A stretch of DNA of 64,000 nt, taken from assembly GCA_947389015.1 (NCBI GenBank), contig CANDVA010000001.1, forward strand, positions 68,142 through 132,141. Direction: 5' to 3'. The translations under genes were made by a program, and so were the position numbers. Each line of letters opens with the position of its first letter. Positions within the stretch are counted from its first letter, which is position 1. Positions 1 to 8,072 of the stretch are shown here, one piece after another. Below the pieces are notes generated by a model. It was not told the origin of the DNA. It ran no database searches and worked only from the letters and a program-made list of their open reading frames with translations. Source of the DNA: an uncultured Clostridia bacterium. GTDB lineage: Bacteria; Bacillota; Clostridia; Oscillospirales; Ruminococcaceae.

Positions 1-1044
1 TCGTCGAACAGCTCGGATATGAACGGCACGATCCCCGATACGTCCGACAGCTCCGACACTTCTGACAACGCAAACACCGCTGACAGCTCGGACGCCTCCG
101 AGGCTTCGGGAAGCAGCTCCGAAAGCTCGCAGAATTCGGAAAACGCCATACCACCCTCGGACGCTGCCATGTATTTTCTCCCCGATAACGCCGCGGCAAG
201 CTCCGCGTCGCTCAACAGCGCTCTTGCAGCGGCTAAAAGCGCGGGACACACCACCGTCGCGGTAACGCTCAAGGACGCGAGCGGTTACTTCTATTACAAG
301 ACCAACATCGCGAGCGTAAAAGACACCGATTCCGTCAAGGGAACGCTCACCGCGGCGCAGATATACGATATCGTCACTAAGGCGGGATTTTCTCCCGCGG
401 CAAGGATAAGCACACTTATGGACAGCAATAACGCGGGCGCGGCGGGAGGCAGCTACGAGCTTGCGGGAGAAACAGGCTACTGGCTCGACAACCGCAAGGA
501 AAAGGGCGGAAAGACATGGCTCTCCCCATTCAAAAACGCGACCGCGACGTTTCTGAAAAGCGTCACCGACGAAATAACAGCGGCGGGCTTCAAGAATATC
601 ATCTGCGCCAATACGCGCTATCCCGCGTTCCACAATGTGGATATAACGACCTATCTGAAGGATCTTCCGCTCAGCGACGCGACGAAACGCACCGCGGCGC
701 TGTGGAGCGTTCTCGACGCGATAAATTCAACCGCCGCGGGCAAGAACGCGCAGATGTGGATAGAGATAAGCTCGGAGAGCGTTCTCGCCGAAAACAAGAG
801 CTGTACCGACGCCGAAATATTCTTCGACAAGACAAAGACGGGCGCGTCAAGGATAATATTCAGCTACGCGGCAAGCGGCAGCGCCTCGGACGCTTACAAG
901 AACGCCAAGGATTTCGCCGCCAAGGCAAAGGCGGCTGTAAGCGGCGCGGAGATCGCCGTGCTGATAAAGGGGTTTTCGGGCTCGGCGCTTTCGGACGTTC
1001 AGCGGGCGTTCAAGGAAGCGGACATTCCCGTATACTCACAATAA
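1..1044 (+). CDS. Partial (5' end outside window) secreted or surface protein: Ser/Asp-rich low-complexity linker followed by a putative glycoside-hydrolase-like (DUF4015/GHL-type) domain
   Basis: Frame 1 is open from nt 1, so the Met at 19 is internal. Strings VTLKDASGYFYY, YWLDNRKEKGGKTWLSPF and FKNIICANTRYPAF resemble the DUF4015 putative glycosyl hydrolase family from memory. Confidence 0.45.
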   Translation, partial: SSNSSDMNGTIPDTSDSSDTSDNANTADSSDASEASGSSSESSQNSENAIPPSDAAMYFLPDNAAASSASLNSALAAAKSAGHTTVAVTLKDASGYFYYKTNIASVKDTDSVKGTLTAAQIYDIVTKAGFSPAARISTLMDSNNAGAAGGSYELAGETGYWLDNRKEKGGKTWLSPFKNATATFLKSVTDEITAAGFKNIICANTRYPAFHNVDITTYLKDLPLSDATKRTAALWSVLDAINSTAAGKNAQMWIEISSESVLAENKSCTDAEIFFDKTKTGASRIIFSYAASGSASDAYKNAKDFAAKAKAAVSGAEIAVLIKGFSGSALSDVQRAFKEADIPVYSQ

Positions 1045-1111
1045 CGATTATTGCCCCAAAGGGTCAATATACAAAAGAAAGCTTTAACGGTAAAGAAAAT
1101 GGAGGACAACT

Positions 1112-1501
1112 ATGAATTTGCTTAATTTTATTTCGTCGGCAAACGCCGCGGCAGACCAAAGTCAGGCGGGAGGCATACTCGGCATTCTCACGATGATATT
1201 GCCGCTCGGACTTATGGTGCTGGTGTTCTGGTTCCTGATAATCCGTCCCGAAAAGAAGCGCACCAAGGAAATGCAGAATATGCTCGAAAGCTTGCAGGTG
1301 GCGGACGAGGTAGTTACAAACGGCGGCATTATCGGACGCGTTCTGTCCGTGCAGAAGGACACCGTGCTTATCGAAACCGGCTCCGACCGTACAAAGATAC
1401 GCGTTGTAAAGTCCGCGATAGCAAAGTGCAACACCGAGCATGAAAATTCCGCTCCCGCGGTCGAGGGCAAAAAGACCAAGGGCAAGACCGAGATCAAGTA
1501 A
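1112..1501 (+). CDS. yajC: Preprotein translocase subunit YajC
   Basis: 129 aa with a single N-terminal TM. The core FWFLIIRPEKKRTKEMQNMLESLQVADEVVTNGGIIGRV is typical of YajC. SD GGAGGA lies upstream. Confidence 0.9.
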   Translation: MNLLNFISSANAAADQSQAGGILGILTMILPLGLMVLVFWFLIIRPEKKRTKEMQNMLESLQVADEVVTNGGIIGRVLSVQKDTVLIETGSDRTKIRVVKSAIAKCNTEHENSAPAVEGKKTKGKTEIK

Positions 1502-2094
1502 TGTCAAGCGATCTGCGGGTCGTCAAGACGCGGCGTGTTATCCGAGACACGCTGTTTGAGCTGATGGGTGAAAAGCCGCTGTCAAAGATCACGATATCGG
1601 AGATATGCGCGCGCGCCGAGATAAACAGGAAGACCTTTTACCGCCATTACCGCACGATCGGCGACGTGATAACGGAGCTTGAGAACGAGATACTGAACGA
1701 TTTTTCCGCGATAATGCGTACGGGCAACAAGAGCGTACTGGACGTAGGCGCAGCGATACGCGACATAAGCGCGGTAATCGAACGGCGGCGCGATTTCTTC
1801 GCGGGGCTGATGAAACTCAATCCCGATCTGTTCAGCAACGGCAAGATAAAGGCTATGCTGTGCAGAATGATATCGGTGTCGCTGAAAAATGTGGGCGCGC
1901 TCGACGACGAGACAACGCTCCGCGCCGCCGCGGAATTTACGGTATCGGGAGTACTGTCGCTGTATGCGGCGTGGTTTGACGGCGGCTGTCAAGACGATCT
2001 CGCGTTCCTGACGGATGTGTCGGTAAAGATGACGACAAAAGGACTTTCGGCGTTCGTTTCCGAGGAAAAGCTGTCGGAAATGCAGTTAAAATAG
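1501..2094 (+). CDS. TetR/AcrR family transcriptional regulator
   Basis: N-terminal HTH (ITISEICARAEINRKTFYRHY) and ~200 aa length fit the family. The start overlaps the yajC stop (TAATG). Confidence 0.8.
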   Translation: MSSDLRVVKTRRVIRDTLFELMGEKPLSKITISEICARAEINRKTFYRHYRTIGDVITELENEILNDFSAIMRTGNKSVLDVGAAIRDISAVIERRRDFFAGLMKLNPDLFSNGKIKAMLCRMISVSLKNVGALDDETTLRAAAEFTVSGVLSLYAAWFDGGCQDDLAFLTDVSVKMTTKGLSAFVSEEKLSEMQLK

Positions 2095-2121
2095 GTTCAA
2101 AAAAGGTTGGGAGGATTTATT

Positions 2122-2703
2122 ATGAAAACCGAAAAAAAAGATTTTTTTAATGTAAGAAGTATGGTATTTACGGCGATCTTCGCGGCGCTTATTTGTGTTG
2201 CCGCACCGTATGCGATACCTATGCCCGGGCTCGTGCCGATATCGCTCGGAACGTTCGCGATATATCTTACGGGCGCGATGCTCGGCGGCAAGCGCGGAAC
2301 TGTCGCGGTATGCGTGTATATACTGCTAGGCGCTGTCGGACTTCCCGTATTCACGGGATTTATGGGCGGCTTTGCTAAGCTGCTCGGTCCTACCGGCGGC
2401 TACATAGTGGGATATATTCCGTTGGTGCTGCTTACGGGGATATTCTCGGATATGCAGCCGAAAAAGCACTGGACTATGCCCGTGGGAATGGTTATAGGAA
2501 CTGCCGTCATGTACGCGTTTGGCACGGCGTGGTTTATGATAATGAACGGCTCGCCGCTCGGAACGGCGCTTATGAACTGCGTTGTGCCGTTCCTTATCGG
2601 CGACACAATAAAAATCGTGCTGGCAACGATCATCGCGGTGCCGCTTAGATCGCGGCTCAACGCGATAATGCAGGGCAGCTCAAAATCGAGGCTGGACAAA
2701 TGA
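2122..2703 (+). CDS. bioY: Biotin transporter BioY (ECF S component)
   Basis: Polytopic membrane protein. The GTFAIYLTGAMLGGKRG...GLPVFTGFMGGFAKLLGPTGGYIVGY block is characteristic of BioY. ATG at 2122 follows GGGAGG; the ORF-track start at 2107 is a TTG. Confidence 0.85.
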   Translation: MKTEKKDFFNVRSMVFTAIFAALICVAAPYAIPMPGLVPISLGTFAIYLTGAMLGGKRGTVAVCVYILLGAVGLPVFTGFMGGFAKLLGPTGGYIVGYIPLVLLTGIFSDMQPKKHWTMPVGMVIGTAVMYAFGTAWFMIMNGSPLGTALMNCVVPFLIGDTIKIVLATIIAVPLRSRLNAIMQGSSKSRLDK

Positions 2704-3665
2704 ACTCCGCGCTTATAATCGCTTTTCAGGCGGTTGTGATGTTCATACTGCTGGCTGTCGGGTATTTTCTGTACAAGAAAAAGCTTCTTGGCGACGAGGC
2801 GACGCAGCAGCTGTCAAATATCGCGATAACGATAATCAATCCGATAGTTATTTTCAACGCCTATCAGACGGATTTTGACCCGTCGCTGTTCAGAGGACTG
2901 ATGTTTGCTCTTCTGCTGGCGTTCATGGCACAGACGATACTTGTGGGCTCGGCGTACATTATGGTGCGTCCGAACCACAAAAACGCTGAAATAGAACGCT
3001 TTGCGCTTGGCTACTCTAACTGCGCGTTTATGGGTATACCGCTTATCGAAGCAACGTACGGCTCGGAGGGAGTATTTTACCTCACCGCGTTTATCACGGC
3101 GTTCAATGTGTTTATGTGGACGCACGGCGTAGTGCTGATGGGCGGCTCGGCGGGCACAAAGCCCGCTAGGGAGCGCGCAAAGGAGATAGCAAAGATACTG
3201 ATATCACCCGCGATACTGTCAATAGTGCTGGGGCTGGTGTTCTTCTTCACGGGGCTAAGGCTTCCGCCGATAATACAACAGCCGCTAGACTACCTCGGCT
3301 CTATGAACACGCCGCTCGCCATGCTGGTTTCGGGCGCAACGATCGCCAAGGCGGGGCTGCTGGACGGACTGAAAAACAAGCGCATATACTTTATCCAGTC
3401 GTTCAAGCTGCTGATAGTCCCTATGCTGCTCGCAGCGCTTTATGTGCCGATGGAGCTTTTCGGGATAAGCCCGATAGTCATAAACACGATAATTCTTGCC
3501 GCTGCCGCGCCGACCGCCTCCTCAACGATAATGTTCTCGTACAAATTCGGCAGAGACGCGGGCTGCGCCTCCAATCATTTCGCGATGTCTACGATAGCGG
3601 GCATCGTCACGATGCCTCTTGTATTGGCGTTTGCTAAAATGCTGGAAAGACTGTTTATTCCTTAA
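2700..3665 (+). CDS. AEC (auxin efflux carrier) family transporter
   Basis: 321 aa with ~10 TM segments and the two-lobed architecture and length typical of AEC/malate-permease-like proteins. It overlaps the bioY stop by 4 nt. Confidence 0.75.
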   Translation: MNSALIIAFQAVVMFILLAVGYFLYKKKLLGDEATQQLSNIAITIINPIVIFNAYQTDFDPSLFRGLMFALLLAFMAQTILVGSAYIMVRPNHKNAEIERFALGYSNCAFMGIPLIEATYGSEGVFYLTAFITAFNVFMWTHGVVLMGGSAGTKPARERAKEIAKILISPAILSIVLGLVFFFTGLRLPPIIQQPLDYLGSMNTPLAMLVSGATIAKAGLLDGLKNKRIYFIQSFKLLIVPMLLAALYVPMELFGISPIVINTIILAAAAPTASSTIMFSYKFGRDAGCASNHFAMSTIAGIVTMPLVLAFAKMLERLFIP

Positions 3666-3715
3666 TATGTGCAAAATTGCCAAATTTGCAATGGAAAATT
3701 TGTGCGAAATTAGAA

Positions 3716-3744
3716 TTGAAAATTGATGCGGAAAATGTTATAAT
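3716..3744 (+). promoter_or_regulatory. Sigma-A-type promoter: TTGAAA, 17 nt spacer, TGtTATAAT (extended -10)
   Basis: TTGAAA at 3716-3721 and TATAAT at 3739-3744 preceded by TGn. The upstream 60 nt is rich in AnTn tracts. Confidence 0.4.
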
Positions 3745-3750
3745 TTAAAT

Positions 3751-3904
3751 ACAATAAATTTGCGAGATAGTATTGTAGCTTAATGCTTACATACTTCTTA
3801 ATATATTTTCCCCAATTATTTTCAGTCTGATTTGTTTTCCCCAAACAGATCGACAAGTTTGATTTGACTTTCCGCGGACACCCCCTTGTCCGTGGCTTTT
3901 TTTA
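3751..3904 (+). ncRNA. Candidate small RNA (orphan promoter-to-terminator unit, ~150 nt, three C-rich motifs)
   Basis: No SD-preceded ORF between the promoter (3716-3744) and the terminator (3872-3904). UUUUCCCCAA occurs twice (3806-3815, 3835-3844), and CCCCC sits in the terminator loop. Confidence 0.35.
3872..3904 (+). terminator. Rho-independent terminator
   Basis: 9-bp stem CCGCGGACA/TGTCCGTGG, loop CCCCCT, then CTTTTTTTT. Confidence 0.6.
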
Positions 3905-3913
3905 TAATAATAT

Positions 3914-3941
3914 CCCCGTCAAAGCGTTTGCCTTGACGGGG
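3914..3941 (-). terminator. Hairpin, probable terminator of the minus-strand ABC transporter unit
   Basis: Stem CCCCGTCAA/TTGACGGGG with a 10-nt loop. On the minus strand it is followed by the A/U-rich AUAUUAUUAU, which is not a clean U-tract. Confidence 0.35.
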
Positions 3942-3997
3942 ATTGCAGATTTACGGAAAAGTTGTTTTGTGTAAGAAACACTCGTCGTAATAACTGT

Positions 3998-4138
3998 TTA
4001 GTGGTTGATATTGTAAATAAATTCGCCTATATCCGAGCCTACCGTCGTACCGGCATATATGGAAAAGAGTACGCAAATGACAAATAACATAATAAATGCG
4101 CCGATAACCACGCCTTTGGTTTTTTTATTTTTATCCAT
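3998..4138 (-). CDS. Small (46 aa) single-pass membrane protein, below the ORF-track size cutoff
   Basis: Hand translation: MDKNKKTKGVVIGAFIMLFVICVLFSIYAGTTVGSDIGEFIYNINH. SD AAGAGG lies ~8 nt upstream. It sits 57 nt downstream of the ABC-2 permease on the same strand. Confidence 0.45.
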   Translation of the reverse strand: MDKNKKTKGVVIGAFIMLFVICVLFSIYAGTTVGSDIGEFIYNINH

Positions 4139-4195
4139 AGCAAAACCTCTTTATTATAAAAATATTTGAAACGCCGTGTGACTGCCTTAAAATTA

Positions 4196-5092
4196 TCAGA
4201 ACTCGGGACGTTCCTCCTCGGTATTGTCGATCTTCTTTGCGTTGAGCACTCCAAGCGCAAGGAAGAACATCAGCACCGCTACCACAAGCGAGATCGCCAT
4301 GCCGACTATAATGCTCGGCAGACTTCCCGACAGGTCAAAGCCCTCCATTACCATGTAATTCGGCAAGGTTATAAGCGTGAACGGATTGTAATCGATAAGC
4401 CCCATGCCGTTGAATATAGACTGAAGGAACGACTGCCCAAGGAAAATGATGACAGTCGCCACGCCGGGACGCGAGGTACACAGTCCGACGGACAAATACA
4501 CGCAGGTCAGGAACAGCGCGTACACAGCGTACATCAGCGTACACAACAGCATGATCTCGCCCGAGACCTTATTGTTTGGGAAAAGCGCGTTGCAGAGCAC
4601 TCCGGCTACCGGAACGCTTGCCGCCGTCACCGCAAACACCGTCAGCGGATAGATAACGAACTTCGGGATAAGGTAGTTTTTATACTCCAGACCGCTGCAC
4701 ATCGGTACTATCATAGCGCGCTTTTTCTGCTCGCCGCCCGCCGCCGCAAGAAGCAAAAGCATAACGATAAGCATCGACATACCCGTAAAACTCGCGATCG
4801 CCGTCGAAAAGATCATTCCCGCGTCGGAATACACCGCCATTATCTCGTCCATTCCGATATTGCCGAACATCTCGCCGAAATCGCCGCTCATTCCCGCAGA
4901 AGCCGAAGCGAATACGGTATTGCCCGAGCCTCCTTCGGTAGAACCGTACACCATTTCCATCATTACTCCCGCCATCTTGAATATTATCGGGTTTGACAGC
5001 GCGAACGCGAAAATCACCGCTATGACGCCGAAAAGCCTGCCCGTGCGGGCAAAATGCGCCCATTCCTTTTTAAAGCTGTACTTCAACTGCAT
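4196..5092 (-). CDS. ABC-2 type transporter permease
   Basis: 298 aa with ~6 TM segments, directly downstream (1-nt gap) of an ABC ATPase. No solute-binding protein is adjacent, so it is exporter-type. Confidence 0.7.
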   Translation of the reverse strand: MQLKYSFKKEWAHFARTGRLFGVIAVIFAFALSNPIIFKMAGVMMEMVYGSTEGGSGNTVFASASAGMSGDFGEMFGNIGMDEIMAVYSDAGMIFSTAIASFTGMSMLIVMLLLLAAAGGEQKKRAMIVPMCSGLEYKNYLIPKFVIYPLTVFAVTAASVPVAGVLCNALFPNNKVSGEIMLLCTLMYAVYALFLTCVYLSVGLCTSRPGVATVIIFLGQSFLQSIFNGMGLIDYNPFTLITLPNYMVMEGFDLSGSLPSIIVGMAISLVVAVLMFFLALGVLNAKKIDNTEEERPEF

Positions 5093-5093
5093 G

Positions 5094-5984
5094 TCAGCCC
5101 ACCACCTTTCTGAAAACTTCCTCGAGCGTCGCCGTGCCGATATTAAAGCTCTCCGCCACTATATCGTTATCGGCAAGCAGGCGCATAAGCCGTCTCGCGG
5201 TCTCCTCGGCGTTGTCTGTGCCGAAACGGAACAATTCCGTTTCATTGTTGAATTCCGCTCTCGCAAAATCCGCCTTCAGCAGCGTGAGCTTGCTCTCCTG
5301 AGTAAGGTTTCTCACCTTGAGATTGACGATATCGCCGCCATGCTTGCGCATTATCGCGCCGATCTCGCCCTCTTCGGCGAGTACGCCGCCGTTCATAATG
5401 CCGATACGGTTAGCCACACGCTCGACATCGGACAGAATATGCGTCGACAGAACGATAGTACACCCCATTGATTTCAATCTGTTAATGATATTTATAACCT
5501 CAACGCGTCCCTGCGGATCAAGCGCGGATGTGGGCTCGTCAAATATCAGCAGCTCGGGATTGCGGAATATCGCCGCGCCCATGCCAAGCCTCTGCGTCAT
5601 ACCGCGCGAAAAGCCCTTTGTGCGCCTGTCGGCCGCGTCGCGCAGACCCACGATCTCGAGCACCTCCTCGGTGCGCTTGGAAATATCGCCGTCATATCCC
5701 GCGCACGCCGCGATATATTCAAGATACTCCCTTGCGGTCATATACCCGAAAATAGTCGGGCTTTCGGGAAGATAACCTATTTTTATCCTCCGCTCGCCGT
5801 CTCCGAGCTTGATGTCGCCCTCGTCCTTGGGGATAACGTTCGCGATGATATTCATTGTCGTTGTCTTTCCGCAGCCGTTGCGCCCGAGAAAGCCGTAAAC
5901 ATCTCCGTCATTGATATCCATATTCAGTCCGCGGAGTACGGAGAATTGCTTGTAGCTCTTTTTCAGGTTCCTTATACTAACCAT
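5094..5984 (-). CDS. ABC transporter ATP-binding protein
   Basis: Walker A GRNGCGKTT, signature FSRGMTQRL, Walker B LLIFDEPTSALD and H-loop STH are all present. Confidence 0.92.
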   Translation of the reverse strand: MVSIRNLKKSYKQFSVLRGLNMDINDGDVYGFLGRNGCGKTTTMNIIANVIPKDEGDIKLGDGERRIKIGYLPESPTIFGYMTAREYLEYIAACAGYDGDISKRTEEVLEIVGLRDAADRRTKGFSRGMTQRLGMGAAIFRNPELLIFDEPTSALDPQGRVEVINIINRLKSMGCTIVLSTHILSDVERVANRIGIMNGGVLAEEGEIGAIMRKHGGDIVNLKVRNLTQESKLTLLKADFARAEFNNETELFRFGTDNAEETARRLMRLLADNDIVAESFNIGTATLEEVFRKVVG

Positions 5985-6118
5985 TTAATTGTATCAGTCC
6001 TCTCTGCTGTTAATATTGTATATGTCCTGTATGTACAATATAGCACATCTCTCCGTGTTTGTCAATAGGTTTTTGAAAATTTTTTCATTTTTTTGACCCT
6101 TTACATTATGCTCATTTT

Positions 6119-6694
6119 ATGATACAATATAATTGGGTGATTTTTTTGAATAAGAAATATTACATATTTGATCTGGACGGCACGCTTTGCGACAGTATGG
6201 GTCTGTGGAGAACGGAAACGGCGCACATAAACGACTTCCGCAATCTCGAGCTTATGGAGCCCGCCTATGTCAAAATGCGTGAGCATTACCGCAGCGACGT
6301 AAATTTAAAGGACGGCGTTCGGGAGTTTCTGAAAAAGTCGCGCGCCGAGGGCGTCAAAATGTGCATAGCCACGGGAACGCGCCGCGACGTTGCCGAGCCG
6401 TTTCTTCAGCGGACAGGGATAATGGAGTTTATGGAGTTCTTTATTGACTGCCATGAGGTCGGGCGATTCAAGGAGCATCCCGACATCTATCTGCAATCGG
6501 CTGAGCGTCTCGGCGCGGATATATCGGAGTGCGCGGTGTTTGAGGACTCGGATTACAGCGCGAAAACGGCAAAGCGCGCGGGATTTTACGTCGTCGGCAT
6601 AATCGACGAGGTGACGGGCACGGAGGGCGACGTGCGCGAATACTCCGATATCGCCGTAAAGGACTGGAAGGAGCTTGCCCTTACTTATGTATGA
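6119..6694 (+). CDS. HAD-superfamily hydrolase (beta-phosphoglucomutase-like subfamily IA)
   Basis: Motif I is YYIFDLDGTLCDS, with a C-terminal FEDSDYSAKTAKRAG motif. The true start may be the TTG at 6146. Confidence 0.8.
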   Translation: MIQYNWVIFLNKKYYIFDLDGTLCDSMGLWRTETAHINDFRNLELMEPAYVKMREHYRSDVNLKDGVREFLKKSRAEGVKMCIATGTRRDVAEPFLQRTGIMEFMEFFIDCHEVGRFKEHPDIYLQSAERLGADISECAVFEDSDYSAKTAKRAGFYVVGIIDEVTGTEGDVREYSDIAVKDWKELALTYV

Positions 6695-6743
6695 CAGTTT
6701 CTCCGGGGTTTGGCAGCGTAAGCATACGAATAGAGCAAAACGC

Positions 6744-6772
6744 TTGCAATTACCGCGGTATAGTGGTATAAT
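6744..6772 (+). promoter_or_regulatory. Promoter TTGCAA-17-TATAAT upstream of purD
   Basis: TTGCAA at 6744-6749 and TATAAT at 6767-6772, 31 nt before the purD ATG. Confidence 0.45.
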
Positions 6773-6803
6773 AATAGTATAAAGCAACGAAAGGACGTAT
6801 TTT

Positions 6804-8072
6804 ATGAATATTTTGATCGTAGGCGGCGGCGGTCGTGAACACGCAATAGCGGCGGCGTTGGCAAAGTCGCCGAAAGTGGATAAGCTGTACTGCGCTCCGG
6901 GAAACGGCGGTATTTCGGCGCTCGCGGAGTGCTTTCCAGTAAAAGCGACCGATATTGACGGAATGGTTGAGCTCGCGAAAAAGCTGAGCCCGGATTATGT
7001 TTTCGTAGCTCCCGACGACCCTCTGGTAATGGGTATGGTCGACAGAATGGAAGCGGAGGGCTTCAAGACGTTCGGTCCGCGAGCTAACGCCGCTATTCTT
7101 GAGGGGAGCAAATCATTCTCCAAAGGGCTGATGAAGAAATACGGCATACCGACCGCGGCGTATGAAGTGTTTACCGACGAGGACAAGGCGGTGGAGTACA
7201 TAAAGTCGCAGAACAGCTATCCCGCCGTTATCAAGGCGGACGGTCTGGCACTTGGCAAGGGCGTTATAATCGCAAAGGATCTCGAGGAGGCCAAAGCGGC
7301 GATACATTCAATGCTCGTTGACGGAAAATTCGGCAAAAGCGGCTCCGAGATAGTTATCGAGGAGTTTATGGACGGCACGGAGGTCACGGTGCTGGCGTTC
7401 ACCGACGGCAAGACCGTAAAGCCCATGATATCGTCAATGGATCACAAGCGCGCCTGCGATAACGACGAGGGGCTGAACACGGGCGGCATGGGAACGATAG
7501 CGCCCAATCCCCTGTATACTCCAGAAATAGCCGCAGAGTGCATGGAGAAGATATTCCTCCCGACGATAAGGGCTATGAGCGCCGAGGGCAGACCGTTCAA
7601 GGGTTGTCTGTACTTCGGGCTGATGCTGACGAAAAACGGCGCAAAGGTTGTCGAGTACAACTGCCGTTTCGGCGACCCCGAAACGCAGGTAGTCCTGCCG
7701 CTTCTGGTAACGGACTTGGCAGAGATCATGGAGGCTGTCGCCGAGGAACGTCTCGGCGAACTGGAAATCAAGTGGAGCAGTAAGTCTTGCGCCTGCATTG
7801 TAATGGCAAGCGGAGGCTATCCCGAAAAATACGAGACGGGCAAGCCGATAAACGGTCTTGACGATAACGGACAGTGCGCGGGCGCATACGTTTACCACGC
7901 GGGTACAAAGCTCGAGAACGGCAAGTATCTCACCGCGGGCGGACGTGTTCTCGGCGTTACGGCGACGGGCGACGACCTGAGAGCGGCGCTTGACGGCGCG
8001 TATAAGGCAGTCGGGAGCATTTCGTTCGAGAAAGCGCATTACAGACATGACATCGGTAAAAAGGCATTATGA
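6804..8072 (+). CDS. purD: Phosphoribosylamine--glycine ligase
   Basis: MNILIVGGGGREHAIAAAL N-terminus, ATP-grasp core, CRFGDPETQ motif, 422 aa. Confidence 0.95.
   Translation: MNILIVGGGGREHAIAAALAKSPKVDKLYCAPGNGGISALAECFPVKATDIDGMVELAKKLSPDYVFVAPDDPLVMGMVDRMEAEGFKTFGPRANAAILEGSKSFSKGLMKKYGIPTAAYEVFTDEDKAVEYIKSQNSYPAVIKADGLALGKGVIIAKDLEEAKAAIHSMLVDGKFGKSGSEIVIEEFMDGTEVTVLAFTDGKTVKPMISSMDHKRACDNDEGLNTGGMGTIAPNPLYTPEIAAECMEKIFLPTIRAMSAEGRPFKGCLYFGLMLTKNGAKVVEYNCRFGDPETQVVLPLLVTDLAEIMEAVAEERLGELEIKWSSKSCACIVMASGGYPEKYETGKPINGLDDNGQCAGAYVYHAGTKLENGKYLTAGGRVLGVTATGDDLRAALDGAYKAVGSISFEKAHYRHDIGKKAL

Noticed and set aside
1-200. Ser/Asp-rich repeats (SDSSDTSDNANTADSSDASEASGSSSESS) at the window start as a nucleotide-level tandem repeat
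   Set aside because: This is amino-acid low complexity typical of extracellular linkers. The DNA is not a precise tandem repeat, and the gene is truncated by the window edge.
4039-4260. 73-aa minus-strand ORF overlapping the end of the ABC-2 permease gene
   Set aside because: It overlaps the permease 3' end and has no SD. A different frame in the same region encodes a well-formed 46-aa TM protein with an SD (3998-4138), which I report instead.
4166-4996. Long antisense or alternative-frame ORFs in the six-frame track. Examples: 516-1115, 4166-4996, 14761-15465, 26761-27426, 37006-37896, 47868-48611, 49406-50155, 54068-55153, 62035-62667 and 62519-63274.
   Set aside because: Each lies opposite or out of frame to a gene with clear family motifs. 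Their translations are Arg/His/Ala-rich or otherwise motif-free, as expected for shadow ORFs in G+C-rich coding DNA. None has a convincing SD.
6773-6803. Possible purine riboswitch upstream of purD
   Set aside because: Only ~31 nt separate the predicted -10 box from the start codon, which is too short for an aptamer. No purine-riboswitch core sequence is present.
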